Of a stretch of DNA of 64,000 bases, positions 27,624 through 37,636 are shown in pieces. The DNA lies in NCBI GenBank assembly GCA_018238155.1, contig JABCTZ010000009.1, positions 1-64,000 of the forward strand. The letters run 5' to 3'. Within the stretch, counting starts at the first letter, position 1. Every line of letters starts with the position of its first letter. The position numbers and the translations under genes are program-made. This stretch comes from Candidatus Heimdallarchaeota archaeon. GTDB lineage: Archaea > Asgardarchaeota > Heimdallarchaeia > JABLTI01. Under the pieces are notes generated by a model that did not search any database, had not been told where the DNA came from, and worked only from the letters and a program-made list of their open reading frames with translations.

Positions 27624-30287
27624 TCATTTCTGTTTTCGTTTTGTGAGTGTCATTGCGGGAATTACAATTATGGCTAGTAAGCCAAATAGACTTATCAATG
27701 GCAATCCAATCGAGTCCGTGCTTTCCAAGATTGTAAAAGCATTTTCTGAGACATCAACAATAGTAGCTAGATCTGCTCCGAAGTAACTAGCAGTTAGGGT
27801 AATTCGAATGCGATAATTCGTTCCGACAGGCAGTGCAGATATATCCCAATGATAAGAAGTTCCAGTAACTCCTGTAACTATTGTGGTCCAATTATGACTA
27901 TCTATTGAATATTCTAATTTCACTTGATAATCGATGAGTTCATCACTCAAATCAACTGTCCATGATATAGTGCAATTAGATGCGAGAATTTCTCCTCCAT
28001 TAGGATTGATCAAGTTCATTTGAATAGTTGGTATATCAACATTGTCAATTTCAAAGACAAAATCACTTTCGTCTGATACTATGGCACAAAAGCCATCATC
28101 GGCATAAACAATTAAAGCAACGGCCAATGAATCTGCAATTGCACCAATATCCCAAACGAAAGAATTATTAGTCAAACCGCTGGCAAGAAGATTCCAACCA
28201 CCACCATCAATTTGATAGCCAATTGTATAAGTTAAACTATCATCATCGGGGTCAGAACCAGTCCATTCAATGAGAATCGAATTGTTGAATGTACCTCCAC
28301 GGTTCGGAGAAAGAAGTTCTACTGTTGGTGGACGTGAAATAACTGTATATTCAAAATTATCACCATCCGAATTTTTGATAATTTTTGAATTTAGACTTTC
28401 ATCTAATGTATAAATATACCAAGAAATTGTTGTTCCATGTTCATGTCCTGGAATATAACCATACCAATGATCATCGTCATTTTCACGTTCCTCTAAAGAT
28501 GCATAATTCCAAGTAGAACCACCATCATCAGAATAGGTTATAGTTGCTGCATTAATATCGCCTTCATCGGTAATAATTAATTCTATCAGTGGCGTATCCT
28601 CTTCTGTAGGACTTAAGGTATCTCCGTCAGTATCATAAGTGATTGTTAAATCAGATGATTCCGGACTAAGATAATCAATAGTATTATGTTCCCATGGTGT
28701 ACAGCTTTTTGATTGAAACATTGGTTCAGGATTTGGAGTATTTCTAAAAATAGGCACACCAAAACGCAAGTCAGTTCCAACATCGTAGTGGAAATAATCG
28801 GCACTATCATCATCATGGATGTAATAGGAAGTTTTTATTGAGGTTGATTCTTCTATATTATGTTGATATTGTGCTTTTAAACTAAGTTCAACTTCTGCTT
28901 CAGCTATACCTTCCACACCTACACTTACAGCTTTAGTCAATTCAATAGTGATTGTAGCTGTAGTACTTGTTGAAGAAATACTCTCATGAGTTTCTTCATA
29001 ATAACCTGTTCCACCTTGAATTTCTTGATTAATTTTTTCCCAAGAAACAATTGATGGATTAGTATAAAGATCAGTATTTACATTTGGATTTTGTGCGGTC
29101 CATTCAGAGATCGCATGTTGATGTGAGACTAAAACATTATCTGAATAATCAGTTCCAACATGAAGAACAGGACCAGAGTAATACGTGGATCCATCAACAT
29201 AGGTTATGTTAAGAACCCAAAGTTCCCATTGAAAAACTTCCCAAGCACCCCAATACATGTCACCATATCCTGGTCCAACAAGATCTCTTTCATCAGTATT
29301 TATTGAAGAGGAAAGTTCTGCAGTATTAATATCCGTTTGTGCCCATTCATGTTCGAGCCCAAATGAGGCATCAAGACTAAATGAAGCTCCAACAGGCACG
29401 CCAAGAAGATCTCCTTTTGCTGAGACTGATATTCCATAACCAACTTCTACTTCTACAGAGTTTGTTCTAATCACTTTTGTTTCTTCTGTATGAGTGCTAT
29501 AACTCTGATCACCACAAGGATCATAAAGAATAAGGTAAAGTGTATTACCCAATACTTTACTACCTGACTCTAATTTGATGTTGTCATTAAATACTTGCAC
29601 AGAGAAATCGAAATATCTGGTTACCCTTAAATCTGAAGAGCCAGCAGTACGCCCAACTAAATCTACACGTACTCTGCCATGTAAATCAGAAATGTCTGAG
29701 CCAAGGTCAACGGTTTTTGAAACAGAAGAACCTTCAGTGGTAAATGTGCCATAATTTGTTGTTGGTTGTCCAGTGCCTAAATTAATGTACAAGTCAACAG
29801 TATCTAAATTTTCTGCTGAATAAGTAAAGGTAAATTCATCTTCACCTGGTAAGAATGTTACCAACTCTTCATTATCTGGTGATACCCAAGATAAAGTCGG
29901 ACCTGTACTTTCCAATATGAAATTCCGTGTATATGATCCTGCAGATTTAGTAAATTCTACCACTTTAGTTATATATCCTGTTTTTGATACAGTAAACTTT
30001 ACAAGAACTTGGTTTTCTTCCGATGACCATCCTCTAGAGATAGAATATCTACCTGTTCCTGAGGTTGAAGTAAATCCATGATACCAACGTTGACCATCAT
30101 TAATAGATAATTTAACATTTGCACCAACAATATTTCTGTTATATTCATCTTTAACCACTCCCGTGAAGGAAACTGTCCCAGATGATTTAACATCTATAGT
30201 CATCAAACTAAAATTACCGATAAAACAAGCAATTATAATTATCGTTAATATTTTTTTAACTTTATTTGACAATAATACCAATTCCAT
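27624..30287 (-). CDS. Large secreted multi-domain surface protein (carboxypeptidase-regulatory-like domain, central Ser/Thr-rich beta domain, Ig/Fn3-like repeats, TM anchor)
   Basis: Signal peptide; GVVKDEYNRNIVGANV; ILYDPCGDQSY...GVPIFR...SCTPWE; two PN[R/G]G modules; C-terminal TM helix plus KRKQK. Confidence 0.8.
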   Translation of the reverse strand: MELVLLSNKVKKILTIIIIACFIGNFSLMTIDVKSSGTVSFTGVVKDEYNRNIVGANVKLSINDGQRWYHGFTSTSGTGRYSISRGWSSEENQVLVKFTVSKTGYITKVVEFTKSAGSYTRNFILESTGPTLSWVSPDNEELVTFLPGEDEFTFTYSAENLDTVDLYINLGTGQPTTNYGTFTTEGSSVSKTVDLGSDISDLHGRVRVDLVGRTAGSSDLRVTRYFDFSVQVFNDNIKLESGSKVLGNTLYLILYDPCGDQSYSTHTEETKVIRTNSVEVEVGYGISVSAKGDLLGVPVGASFSLDASFGLEHEWAQTDINTAELSSSINTDERDLVGPGYGDMYWGAWEVFQWELWVLNITYVDGSTYYSGPVLHVGTDYSDNVLVSHQHAISEWTAQNPNVNTDLYTNPSIVSWEKINQEIQGGTGYYEETHESISSTSTTATITIELTKAVSVGVEGIAEAEVELSLKAQYQHNIEESTSIKTSYYIHDDDSADYFHYDVGTDLRFGVPIFRNTPNPEPMFQSKSCTPWEHNTIDYLSPESSDLTITYDTDGDTLSPTEEDTPLIELIITDEGDINAATITYSDDGGSTWNYASLEERENDDDHWYGYIPGHEHGTTISWYIYTLDESLNSKIIKNSDGDNFEYTVISRPPTVELLSPNRGGTFNNSILIEWTGSDPDDDSLTYTIGYQIDGGGWNLLASGLTNNSFVWDIGAIADSLAVALIVYADDGFCAIVSDESDFVFEIDNVDIPTIQMNLINPNGGEILASNCTISWTVDLSDELIDYQVKLEYSIDSHNWTTIVTGVTGTSYHWDISALPVGTNYRIRITLTASYFGADLATIVDVSENAFTILESTDSIGLPLISLFGLLAIIVIPAMTLTKRKQK

Positions 30288-30902
30288 TAATAATTTGTTA
30301 GTTTTTATTTATGAAAATTTTAATTCTAAATATATCATGTAAGGATGGAATATATAAATACTAATAATTGAAACCGTAAAAAAGTTGGATTCTAATTAGA
30401 TAAATAGAAATGGTTTGAATCATTAACATTGTAGTGAAGAAATGGATTCACTTGTCCTTTCATAATTTTACGTTTTACATATATGAGACAATGGATGTGG
30501 ATGAATATTTCATTGCTTTCATAAGAAAAACAACGGAACCATTTATGCAAAGGATGCTATATTAGCAATAATTTATTGGTAAAGAATTTCTTCAAAGTTG
30601 CGCTAAAAAGAAGTTTTTTCATGTTTGGATGTGAAGTTGCTCCATTCTTCTATAAGAGTAACTCAATGATCATTATTGAGTAACTGATCATTCCGAATGC
30701 TATCGTTTTTTACAGTACTTATTATGTTTTCACTACTCATTTGTGAACAACTATCTCAAAAAAATTAGTATATTATACTATTACTATTTAAAAAGAATAA
30801 AACGTAAAGAACACTCGTTATTAAATTCTTATTGAACGTTTAAGATTCTTAGAAAGCTTTTTCATTAACTTAAAAGTATTCAATAATAGGTGAAAATGCA
30901 CT

Positions 30903-32378
30903 ATGCGAGATCTCACAGAAAAAGCATTAGAGGTTTGCAGCAAAGAAGGTGCCACATACGCAGATATCCGCATTGTAACAATAAAAGATGAGGATATATC
31001 CATTAAAAATGGAACAATCCAAACACTGAATATAGCCAATATTAAGGGGTTCGGCATTAGAACGATTTCTAATGGTGGTTTGGGTTTCGCAGGGTCATAT
31101 GATGTTTCTGCGAAGGAAATTGGGCGTATGGCAAAGCTTGCTGTAAGAATTGCTAAGGCTTCAGGTGCAACACGCAAGAAGCCGATTGTTTTTGTTGATG
31201 AAAAACCTGTTGAAGATAGCTACAAGACACCAATTAAGAAGGATCCATTCTCAATTCCATCTGAAGAGAAAATAGAACTATTGATGGAAGCAGATAAACA
31301 ATTGAGAGCATACAATCCTGATGAAATTAAAATGTCTCGAGCAGATTTTAGAGGGCACCAGGAAGACAAAGTCTTCGCGAGCTCAGAAGGGGCTTATATC
31401 ACTCAACAAATAACATTTTGTGGTGGAGGAATAGCTTGTACAGCAATATCTCCAGGAGAACCTCCACAAACAAGGTCATATCCGGGCTCATTTAGAGGAA
31501 ACTTTTCAGCAAAAGGATATGATTATTTCGAGAGTCTAAAGCTCTTGGAAAATACCGAAAAAACTGCTGATGAAGCTATTGCTCTAACAGGAGCAAAACA
31601 TTGTCCAACAGAAAAAACTGTTCTGTTATTGGATGGACATCAATTGATGTTACAAATTCATGAATCATGTGGGCATCCAACAGAGCTGGATAGAGTACTG
31701 GGTACAGAAGCAGCTTTTGCAGGAACAAGCTTCATGACTCCGGAGAAACTTGGAAAACTGATGTTCGGAAGTGAATATGTCAATATGACTTCTGATTGCA
31801 CTTTACCGGGTGGACTTGGAACCTACGGCTATGATGATGAAGGTGTAAAAGCAAAAAGAGTAGACTTGGTGAAGAACGGTTTATTCGTAGGATATCAAAG
31901 CTCTCGAGAAACTGCTGCAATAATCGGTCTGAAAGAAAGCTCAGCGGGTATGCGAGCAGATAACCCACAAAAATTACCATTAGTAAGAATGACAAATATT
32001 AATCTGGAACCAGGTGACTGGAAGAGAGATGAAATAATCGCTGATACAAAGAAAGGAATACTAATGTCCACAAATAAAAGCTGGAGTATTGACGATAAGC
32101 GACTGAACTTCCAATTTGGAACAGAGATCGCCTGGGAAATAGTAAATGGTGAAATAGGTCAAATACTAAAGAATCCAACCTACACAGGTATTACACCTGA
32201 ATTCTGGGGTGGAATGGATGCACATTCTAAGGATGACTGGAAATTGTTAGGTACACCTAACTGTGGAAAAGGACAGCCTGGTCAAGTGATGTATGTAGGT
32301 CATGGATGTGGAACTGCTAGATTCAATAATATTAGAGTTGGAGTTATGCAAGATGATATGAAAACTGGAGTTCAATAA
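30903..32378 (+). CDS. tldD: TldD-family metalloprotease
   Basis: YADIR, HESCGHPTELDR, YDDEG, RMTNINL and CGKGQP motifs; AGGTGA RBS. Confidence 0.93.
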   Translation: MRDLTEKALEVCSKEGATYADIRIVTIKDEDISIKNGTIQTLNIANIKGFGIRTISNGGLGFAGSYDVSAKEIGRMAKLAVRIAKASGATRKKPIVFVDEKPVEDSYKTPIKKDPFSIPSEEKIELLMEADKQLRAYNPDEIKMSRADFRGHQEDKVFASSEGAYITQQITFCGGGIACTAISPGEPPQTRSYPGSFRGNFSAKGYDYFESLKLLENTEKTADEAIALTGAKHCPTEKTVLLLDGHQLMLQIHESCGHPTELDRVLGTEAAFAGTSFMTPEKLGKLMFGSEYVNMTSDCTLPGGLGTYGYDDEGVKAKRVDLVKNGLFVGYQSSRETAAIIGLKESSAGMRADNPQKLPLVRMTNINLEPGDWKRDEIIADTKKGILMSTNKSWSIDDKRLNFQFGTEIAWEIVNGEIGQILKNPTYTGITPEFWGGMDAHSKDDWKLLGTPNCGKGQPGQVMYVGHGCGTARFNNIRVGVMQDDMKTGVQ

Positions 32379-32644
32379 TTTTCATATCTATTTTTTCTTT
32401 CGACAGAAATGCTTTCAGTTAGGTGTAGGGAGAAAAGATACTAAGCGAGCAGAAACTTTTGAAGGAGTCTCAGAGGTGATAAAAAGAGGATAGAAAAGTT
32501 AGAGAGAAAATAAAATATTATTCTGTTGATATTATTGGAGAACACAAAGGTCAATTTCTATAAAAAACTAAAAGATATGAAAACAGAATAATTAAATAAA
32601 AAAATAAGTATTAACTTCTCTTTACAAAGTTAATACAACACTCT

Positions 32645-32884
32645 TTATTCTCTAAATATCGTGTGAAACCTTATTCTCAATAACGGTCTCTCTTGAGTAG
32701 TTGATAGATTTCGTAAACCTGGAAAGATGTGCGTCAATGACTAAAGAATCTCGTACTAACGGAGATTCTTGTTGAGCTAATGTCAATAGTCGTTCTGTAA
32801 TAGTCTTGAAAGTAACAAGACCGAATCCAACACTTTTACATATGAGTAAGCGAACGTCATCATTATCCTCTTGACTTATATATT
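32645..32884 (-). pseudogene. 5'-truncated fragment resembling HEAT-like repeats
   Basis: Start-less open frame reading ...EDNDDVRLLICKSVG...LLTLAQQESPLVRDS... Confidence 0.3.
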
Positions 32885-32887
32885 ATA

Positions 32888-33259
32888 CATAGAAAGGATT
32901 CATTTCCACTCGAGATTTCTGCTGGTGAATTACAGAGAGCCTCTTTGGCTATCGTTACAAGTGACTTTCCTCAAATTGTTATTCTTGATGAACCAACAGC
33001 TAATTTAGATTCAGAACTTGCAGAAGAAGTAATGCAAGAAATTTATAATCTGCATTCTTCTAAAGACATTACTTTTCTAATTGCTACTCATGATATTAAT
33101 TTGATTAAAGATGGTTATAGAGTAATTGTTCTTGAAGATGGAAAAATTGAAACAGATCAAGAAATCTATGGTAAGTTTAATCCATCAGAACGAAGGGCTG
33201 TTCGGGGCGGTATTAGTCAATCTAGTCTAGCTTTGAAGAGAAAGGAAAGAAGAAAGTAA
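32888..33259 (+). pseudogene. C-terminal fragment of an ABC ATPase (LolD/FtsE-like)
   Basis: HRKDSFPLEISAGELQR signature, VILDEPTANLD Walker B and ATHD switch are present; Walker A is absent. Confidence 0.8.
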
Positions 33260-34050
33260 GGAAAACAATCAAATAAAAAAATAATGGAATATATTTTCTA
33301 TTCTACATATCATCATTTAGAGTAGTCAATCGAAGGATTTCTCCACATCTTAGATTAGCAGAATGAAGAATGATAATATCACGATTTACATAGATGAACT
33401 TATTGAATTGTCCGCGTTTGTACAGATACATATGATTTTCTGTAATTCTCGAATTTCATAACGTAAGAATAGCGCTTTCTTTTTTCGGTCTTCCTCTGTT
33501 TCTCTCCAAGGAGGTTGATAGGAACCATAGGACATAAGTGGATCACACTTGAGATATAGATCCATTTCATTAAATTGGCTAGCTGAAAGAGATACAAGAA
33601 AGTATTCATTTAGAGTTTTAAATAGCTAAATACCTATTATTCTATTGAAGAATTGTATATTCTTTAAATCCCATAAACCTCTCTCCCCATAAAATAAGCT
33701 CCTTTTTTCTGAGACGGAGGCTCTGCTCTCATCCAGTTTAAAATGCTCAAATCAATGTGTAATTTGCCTATTTGAGAACTAAATAACATACTTTTACTTC
33801 GTTAGTTAAATCTCAAAGATTAATTAAAAAAGAAAAAAAATAATTTTGTAGAATCACGACCCTCGCTTCTTCTTGAAGGACAAGAAGTCCAGTTAGGTAA
33901 AGACATATGGTGAAGTGCAAAAAGAAACAAAATTGGATAATTTCATAACTTGAAAAAATATTTAATATGGGTTGTTTATGAATAGATTTAGTGTATTAGC
34001 TATTTTATCTAGTTAGAAGTAGCTAATTATCAGGATAAATACTTTAAAAC

Positions 34051-35019
34051 TTGGGGATTATGATAATGAACAAGAAAGTAGTATACACAATTCTATTTAT
34101 TATCCTAATATCTGGTCTACTTTTTGGTTACCCAACATATTTTCTAATCTATAATTCTTCGATAGATATCAAACATGAAACCAGTCAATGGGCTATCGTT
34201 GAGGATGATGATGGAAATCAGTTAGCAGTCGATGTAAATAACAGCAGTGTTTGGTATAATTTGAGAGAATCTTATAATAAGAGAAGTGATGATTCTAATA
34301 TATTTATTATTGGATTAGTAATATCCTATACCAACTCTTGGCATTTTAGATTTGATCCTTCGACTATTTCTTATGGTATAGGTAATATTTCTCCAGAAAA
34401 GTACTATTCAATCAATGAAACTTCTAAAAATTTAGACGCCTTTTTATCTGAATGGATAGCAATTAAAGTAAAATCAATGAACTTTTTTAACTATAAATAT
34501 GTAGGCATTATTGAATTGATAATAAATCTAACTTTGTTAATTGCCACTCTTTTATTATCAAGTTTTTACTTATTATCAAAAAGAGAGAGAGGAATAATTG
34601 ATAATATAAAAGAAGCATTAGTACTTGTAAAGGATAGTCCTGAAGGAATTTCTTTTACACTTCTTTCACAGAAAGTAGCTGTAAATCAAAAACGACTAGT
34701 ACGCCTGATAAATTCGAGAAATCTGCAAGATGAACTAGGGTTACTAATTACCAATGATCGCATCCAATTCAAAGATTCGTTTTATTCAATAAGAGTCTGT
34801 CAGATCGAAGAACAACTGAATACTATCCTTCAGTTATCGCATAATCAAATAACGCAAGAACACTATAGTAAACTCTTTCAGTTTGAAACAGAACTAAAGA
34901 AAGCGTTGTTGTTCTTTTCGAAAAAATCTTCCAATAGTGAGAAAAAAATGGAAATTGAAGCGAAAATTGTAATGACAACCAACTTGTTAGATAGTATAAC
35001 ACTAGATGATTTTAAATAA
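34051..35019 (+). CDS. Two-TM membrane protein with an extracellular loop and cytoplasmic helical tail
   Basis: Hydrophobic segments at about aa 10-33 and 150-175. Confidence 0.65.
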   Translation: MGIMIMNKKVVYTILFIILISGLLFGYPTYFLIYNSSIDIKHETSQWAIVEDDDGNQLAVDVNNSSVWYNLRESYNKRSDDSNIFIIGLVISYTNSWHFRFDPSTISYGIGNISPEKYYSINETSKNLDAFLSEWIAIKVKSMNFFNYKYVGIIELIINLTLLIATLLLSSFYLLSKRERGIIDNIKEALVLVKDSPEGISFTLLSQKVAVNQKRLVRLINSRNLQDELGLLITNDRIQFKDSFYSIRVCQIEEQLNTILQLSHNQITQEHYSKLFQFETELKKALLFFSKKSSNSEKKMEIEAKIVMTTNLLDSITLDDFK

Positions 35020-35138
35020 AAAAACTGAAAAGCTCAATAGAACTATGGGAAAAATTTAAAAAACCAGCAAGATAGACATTAGTTTCATTTCCTTTATTTA
35101 GAGAGAGGAATGAAATGAAAAAATAGGTGAAAAGATAG

Positions 35139-36245
35139 ATGAAAAAAGGACTTTTATTAAAATTTCTATTGTTATTTATTGGTCTAAGTCTATTATTGAT
35201 GCCAATATCAAACGCTCTGGGTTTTGACTTTATTCCAGATCCCGATCCTCCTCCAGCGGATACACAACCTCCAACTGTAGATATTACCAGTCATTCTAAT
35301 GGTGCAATAATATCAGGTGAATTTACTGTTAAAGCAAATGCAAATGATAATGTTGCCGTAACAAGAGTGTCTTTTGCTTTAGGCACTATTAATCTCGGCT
35401 ATGATACTGATGTTCAATATGAAAAATCATATGATATTATGAATGCTGACTTTTCGCTCCAAGATGGAAACTACCTTCTAATAGCTATTGCGTTTGATGC
35501 TGCTGGTAATTATGCAGTTGATGAAGTTACTGTTCAAGTGCAAAATGGTCAAGAATTTCTGGCATTAGTTGTTGGTGGAGAAACAGAAGAGAGATTTACA
35601 AGAAATGCATTTGGTTTCTATAACACATTAATTGATCATTATAGTTTCGAAGCAGAAAATATTTACCTACTTACTACCAGAACCACTATAGATGGAAATA
35701 CCGTTCCCAGAGATAGAGCAACAAGTAGTGCAAATGTCCAATGGGCTACCAACCAACTAGAAACGGCAGACCTAAATGACCAAGTAATTATATATTGGAC
35801 GGGTCATGGAGGTACTGACATTATTTCTGCAGATGGTGATTTAATCTCAGCATCTAGTTTCAGCTCTTATCTAGATGATATTGATTGTGGGAAGATGTTC
35901 ATCTTTTTAGGTCCTTGTCATTCTGGTTCGTTTATCGATGATCTTAATGATAAACAAAATAGAGCAATATATACTTCTTGTAGTACAAATCAAAGTGGTT
36001 GGGGGAATGGCACACATTCATTCTATCCATGGCTAATATACAAAGGACTAGATTCAGATATGGATGCTGATGATGCAGATACTAACAATAACAACAAAGT
36101 TTCACTATTTGAATTATTCAACTATTGTGTGGACTATATTAATACATTGGAAAGTCAATATAACTTCACGCAAGATCCTCAGAGATGGGTAGGTACTGAA
36201 ATCGGTAATGATGCAAATGCCTATATTGGAGATGAAATTTTTTAG
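35139..36245 (+). CDS. Secreted Ig-like domain plus caspase-fold (C13/C14-like) peptidase
   Basis: Signal peptide; DTQPPTV...AIAFDAAGN Ig-like domain; IYWTGHG and GPCHSG dyad; ADTNNNNKVS motif; QDPQ; AGGTGA RBS. Confidence 0.85.
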   Translation: MKKGLLLKFLLLFIGLSLLLMPISNALGFDFIPDPDPPPADTQPPTVDITSHSNGAIISGEFTVKANANDNVAVTRVSFALGTINLGYDTDVQYEKSYDIMNADFSLQDGNYLLIAIAFDAAGNYAVDEVTVQVQNGQEFLALVVGGETEERFTRNAFGFYNTLIDHYSFEAENIYLLTTRTTIDGNTVPRDRATSSANVQWATNQLETADLNDQVIIYWTGHGGTDIISADGDLISASSFSSYLDDIDCGKMFIFLGPCHSGSFIDDLNDKQNRAIYTSCSTNQSGWGNGTHSFYPWLIYKGLDSDMDADDADTNNNNKVSLFELFNYCVDYINTLESQYNFTQDPQRWVGTEIGNDANAYIGDEIF

Positions 36246-36310
36246 ATTAAACTGAAGAAGGAACTATTAAATCCTTTTTCTGAATTTTTTTTCACTAAAA
36301 ACTCATTAAA

Positions 36311-36680
36311 TTGGGGCATAAACAGGGAAAAAAGAAACAAAGAAGTATGAAATATTCTAGTGATGAATTCAATAAAGAATATCATAAAATCCTTGGTGTA
36401 AAAGAAGAAGAATACTTCAATATAGGGTTACATTATACAATGTTGAGTAATTGTTTTTACTATGGAGTTATAGTATATTCTCTAAGTTTAGGATTATTTG
36501 TAACATTGGAGACCTTATTTTTTATCAATTTCTTTTTCGAAGAATATTTTACATTAATAATTGCCATTATTGTAGGAATGGGATTATTGGTGTGTGAAAT
36601 AATCAGTACAATAACTAAGAAAAGACATCAAGTAAAAACAAGTAATTCTTTCGAATACTGTGTAAGAAATAACTCAAGTG
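36311..36680 (+). pseudogene. Membrane-protein fragment fused in frame to the truncated tnpB
   Basis: Two hydrophobic segments in the first ~105 aa of ORF 36311-36955, unrelated to TnpB; the junction position is approximate. Confidence 0.4.
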
Positions 36681-37623
36681 CTTATCACCTAAATCTTATA
36701 CGCAATGGCATAGTAGTAAGTGGGAAATTATACAAAGATACAAAAAACAAGCGATGGGTGTTCCTTCTAACTATTCGACGAGACCCACCTGCACTTTCCC
36801 AAGGGAAGAAGGTAGCAATTTTAGGTGTTGATTTAGGAATCAAAACGGAAGCATCTCTTGTAGCATTACTCGAAGATGAAGGACTAAAGAAAGAACAATT
36901 CCACTTCTTGAAAGAACCGATATTCAAGCGAGAAAAATACCGATTACGACAGTGAAGAAAAGCTTACAACGAAAACTTACTCAGAGTACTGGTAATCAAA
37001 GAGTTTTGATTTCCAGACAATTAAAGGATGTTCACTTAAAATACTCAAACCTTCTCAAAGAACATTATCACAAGATAAGTCGAAAGGTTGCAGATATTGC
37101 TCAAATTTATCTTAATGAGAACTACCGTGTTCATATCGCTATTGGCAAACTCAAAGGACTGAACCAAAGTGTTAGAAAAGGAGATGGGAAAGGAAAATTA
37201 TTCAGAGGTAAAATAAGTCAATTCCCCTACTATAAATTAACCGAATTGATAACCTATAAATGTTGAGAAATCGGTGTATCGAACATCTCGTTGGTTAAGG
37301 AGAATTGGACATCAAAAGTTTGTCACAAGTGTGATAGTAAGAATACTACAAGACCTTCACAAGCACAGTTCAAATGCTTGAATTGTAGGTTGGAATATAA
37401 TGCTGATGCAAATGGAGCTATCAATATAGCATTAAGATATTGGCAACAACACACAAAGGATGACAAACAAACTGTTAAGCTTATGTTCTTACATAAGAAA
37501 GGAAGTCAACAGTCAACGGCTGTTGACACTGGGAAAAAGATTATTCCCCACACGATGAATTTACTGGAGGCGGAAAGAATTATATCTTCTGCTTCAAATA
37601 AAGGTATAGGAAGTGTAAAATAA
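36680..37623 (+). pseudogene. tnpB: TnpB (IS200/IS605- or IS607-associated RNA-guided nuclease) pseudogene, 5'-truncated
   Basis: RuvC-I ILGVDLG; frameshift near 36950; IAIGKLKG; in-frame TGA at 37264-37266; ENWTSKVCHKC...CLNC zinc finger; RuvC-III NADANGAINIA. Confidence 0.9.
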
Positions 37624-37636
37624 TCTTGGCGTTCAA
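37505..37636 (+). ncRNA. Predicted TnpB omegaRNA scaffold / element right end
   Basis: Hairpins GTCAACAG/CTGTTGAC, TGGGAA/TTCCCCA and GAGGCGGA/TCTGCTTC; long-range pairing AAGATTATT (37537-37545) with AATAATCTT (37619-37627); ends in GTTCAA. Confidence 0.6.

Noticed and set aside
33400-33609. 69-aa minus-strand ORF in the island
   Set aside because: Short, no RBS or recognisable motif, and within decayed sequence.
36311-36955. A genuine membrane-anchored TnpB fusion protein
   Set aside because: The TnpB part lacks its N-terminal lobe and is frameshifted immediately afterwards; this is more likely a chance in-frame deletion junction.
37264-37266. In-frame TGA in tnpB as selenocysteine
   Set aside because: The gene is also frameshifted and 5'-truncated and the position is not catalytic, so this is ordinary decay.
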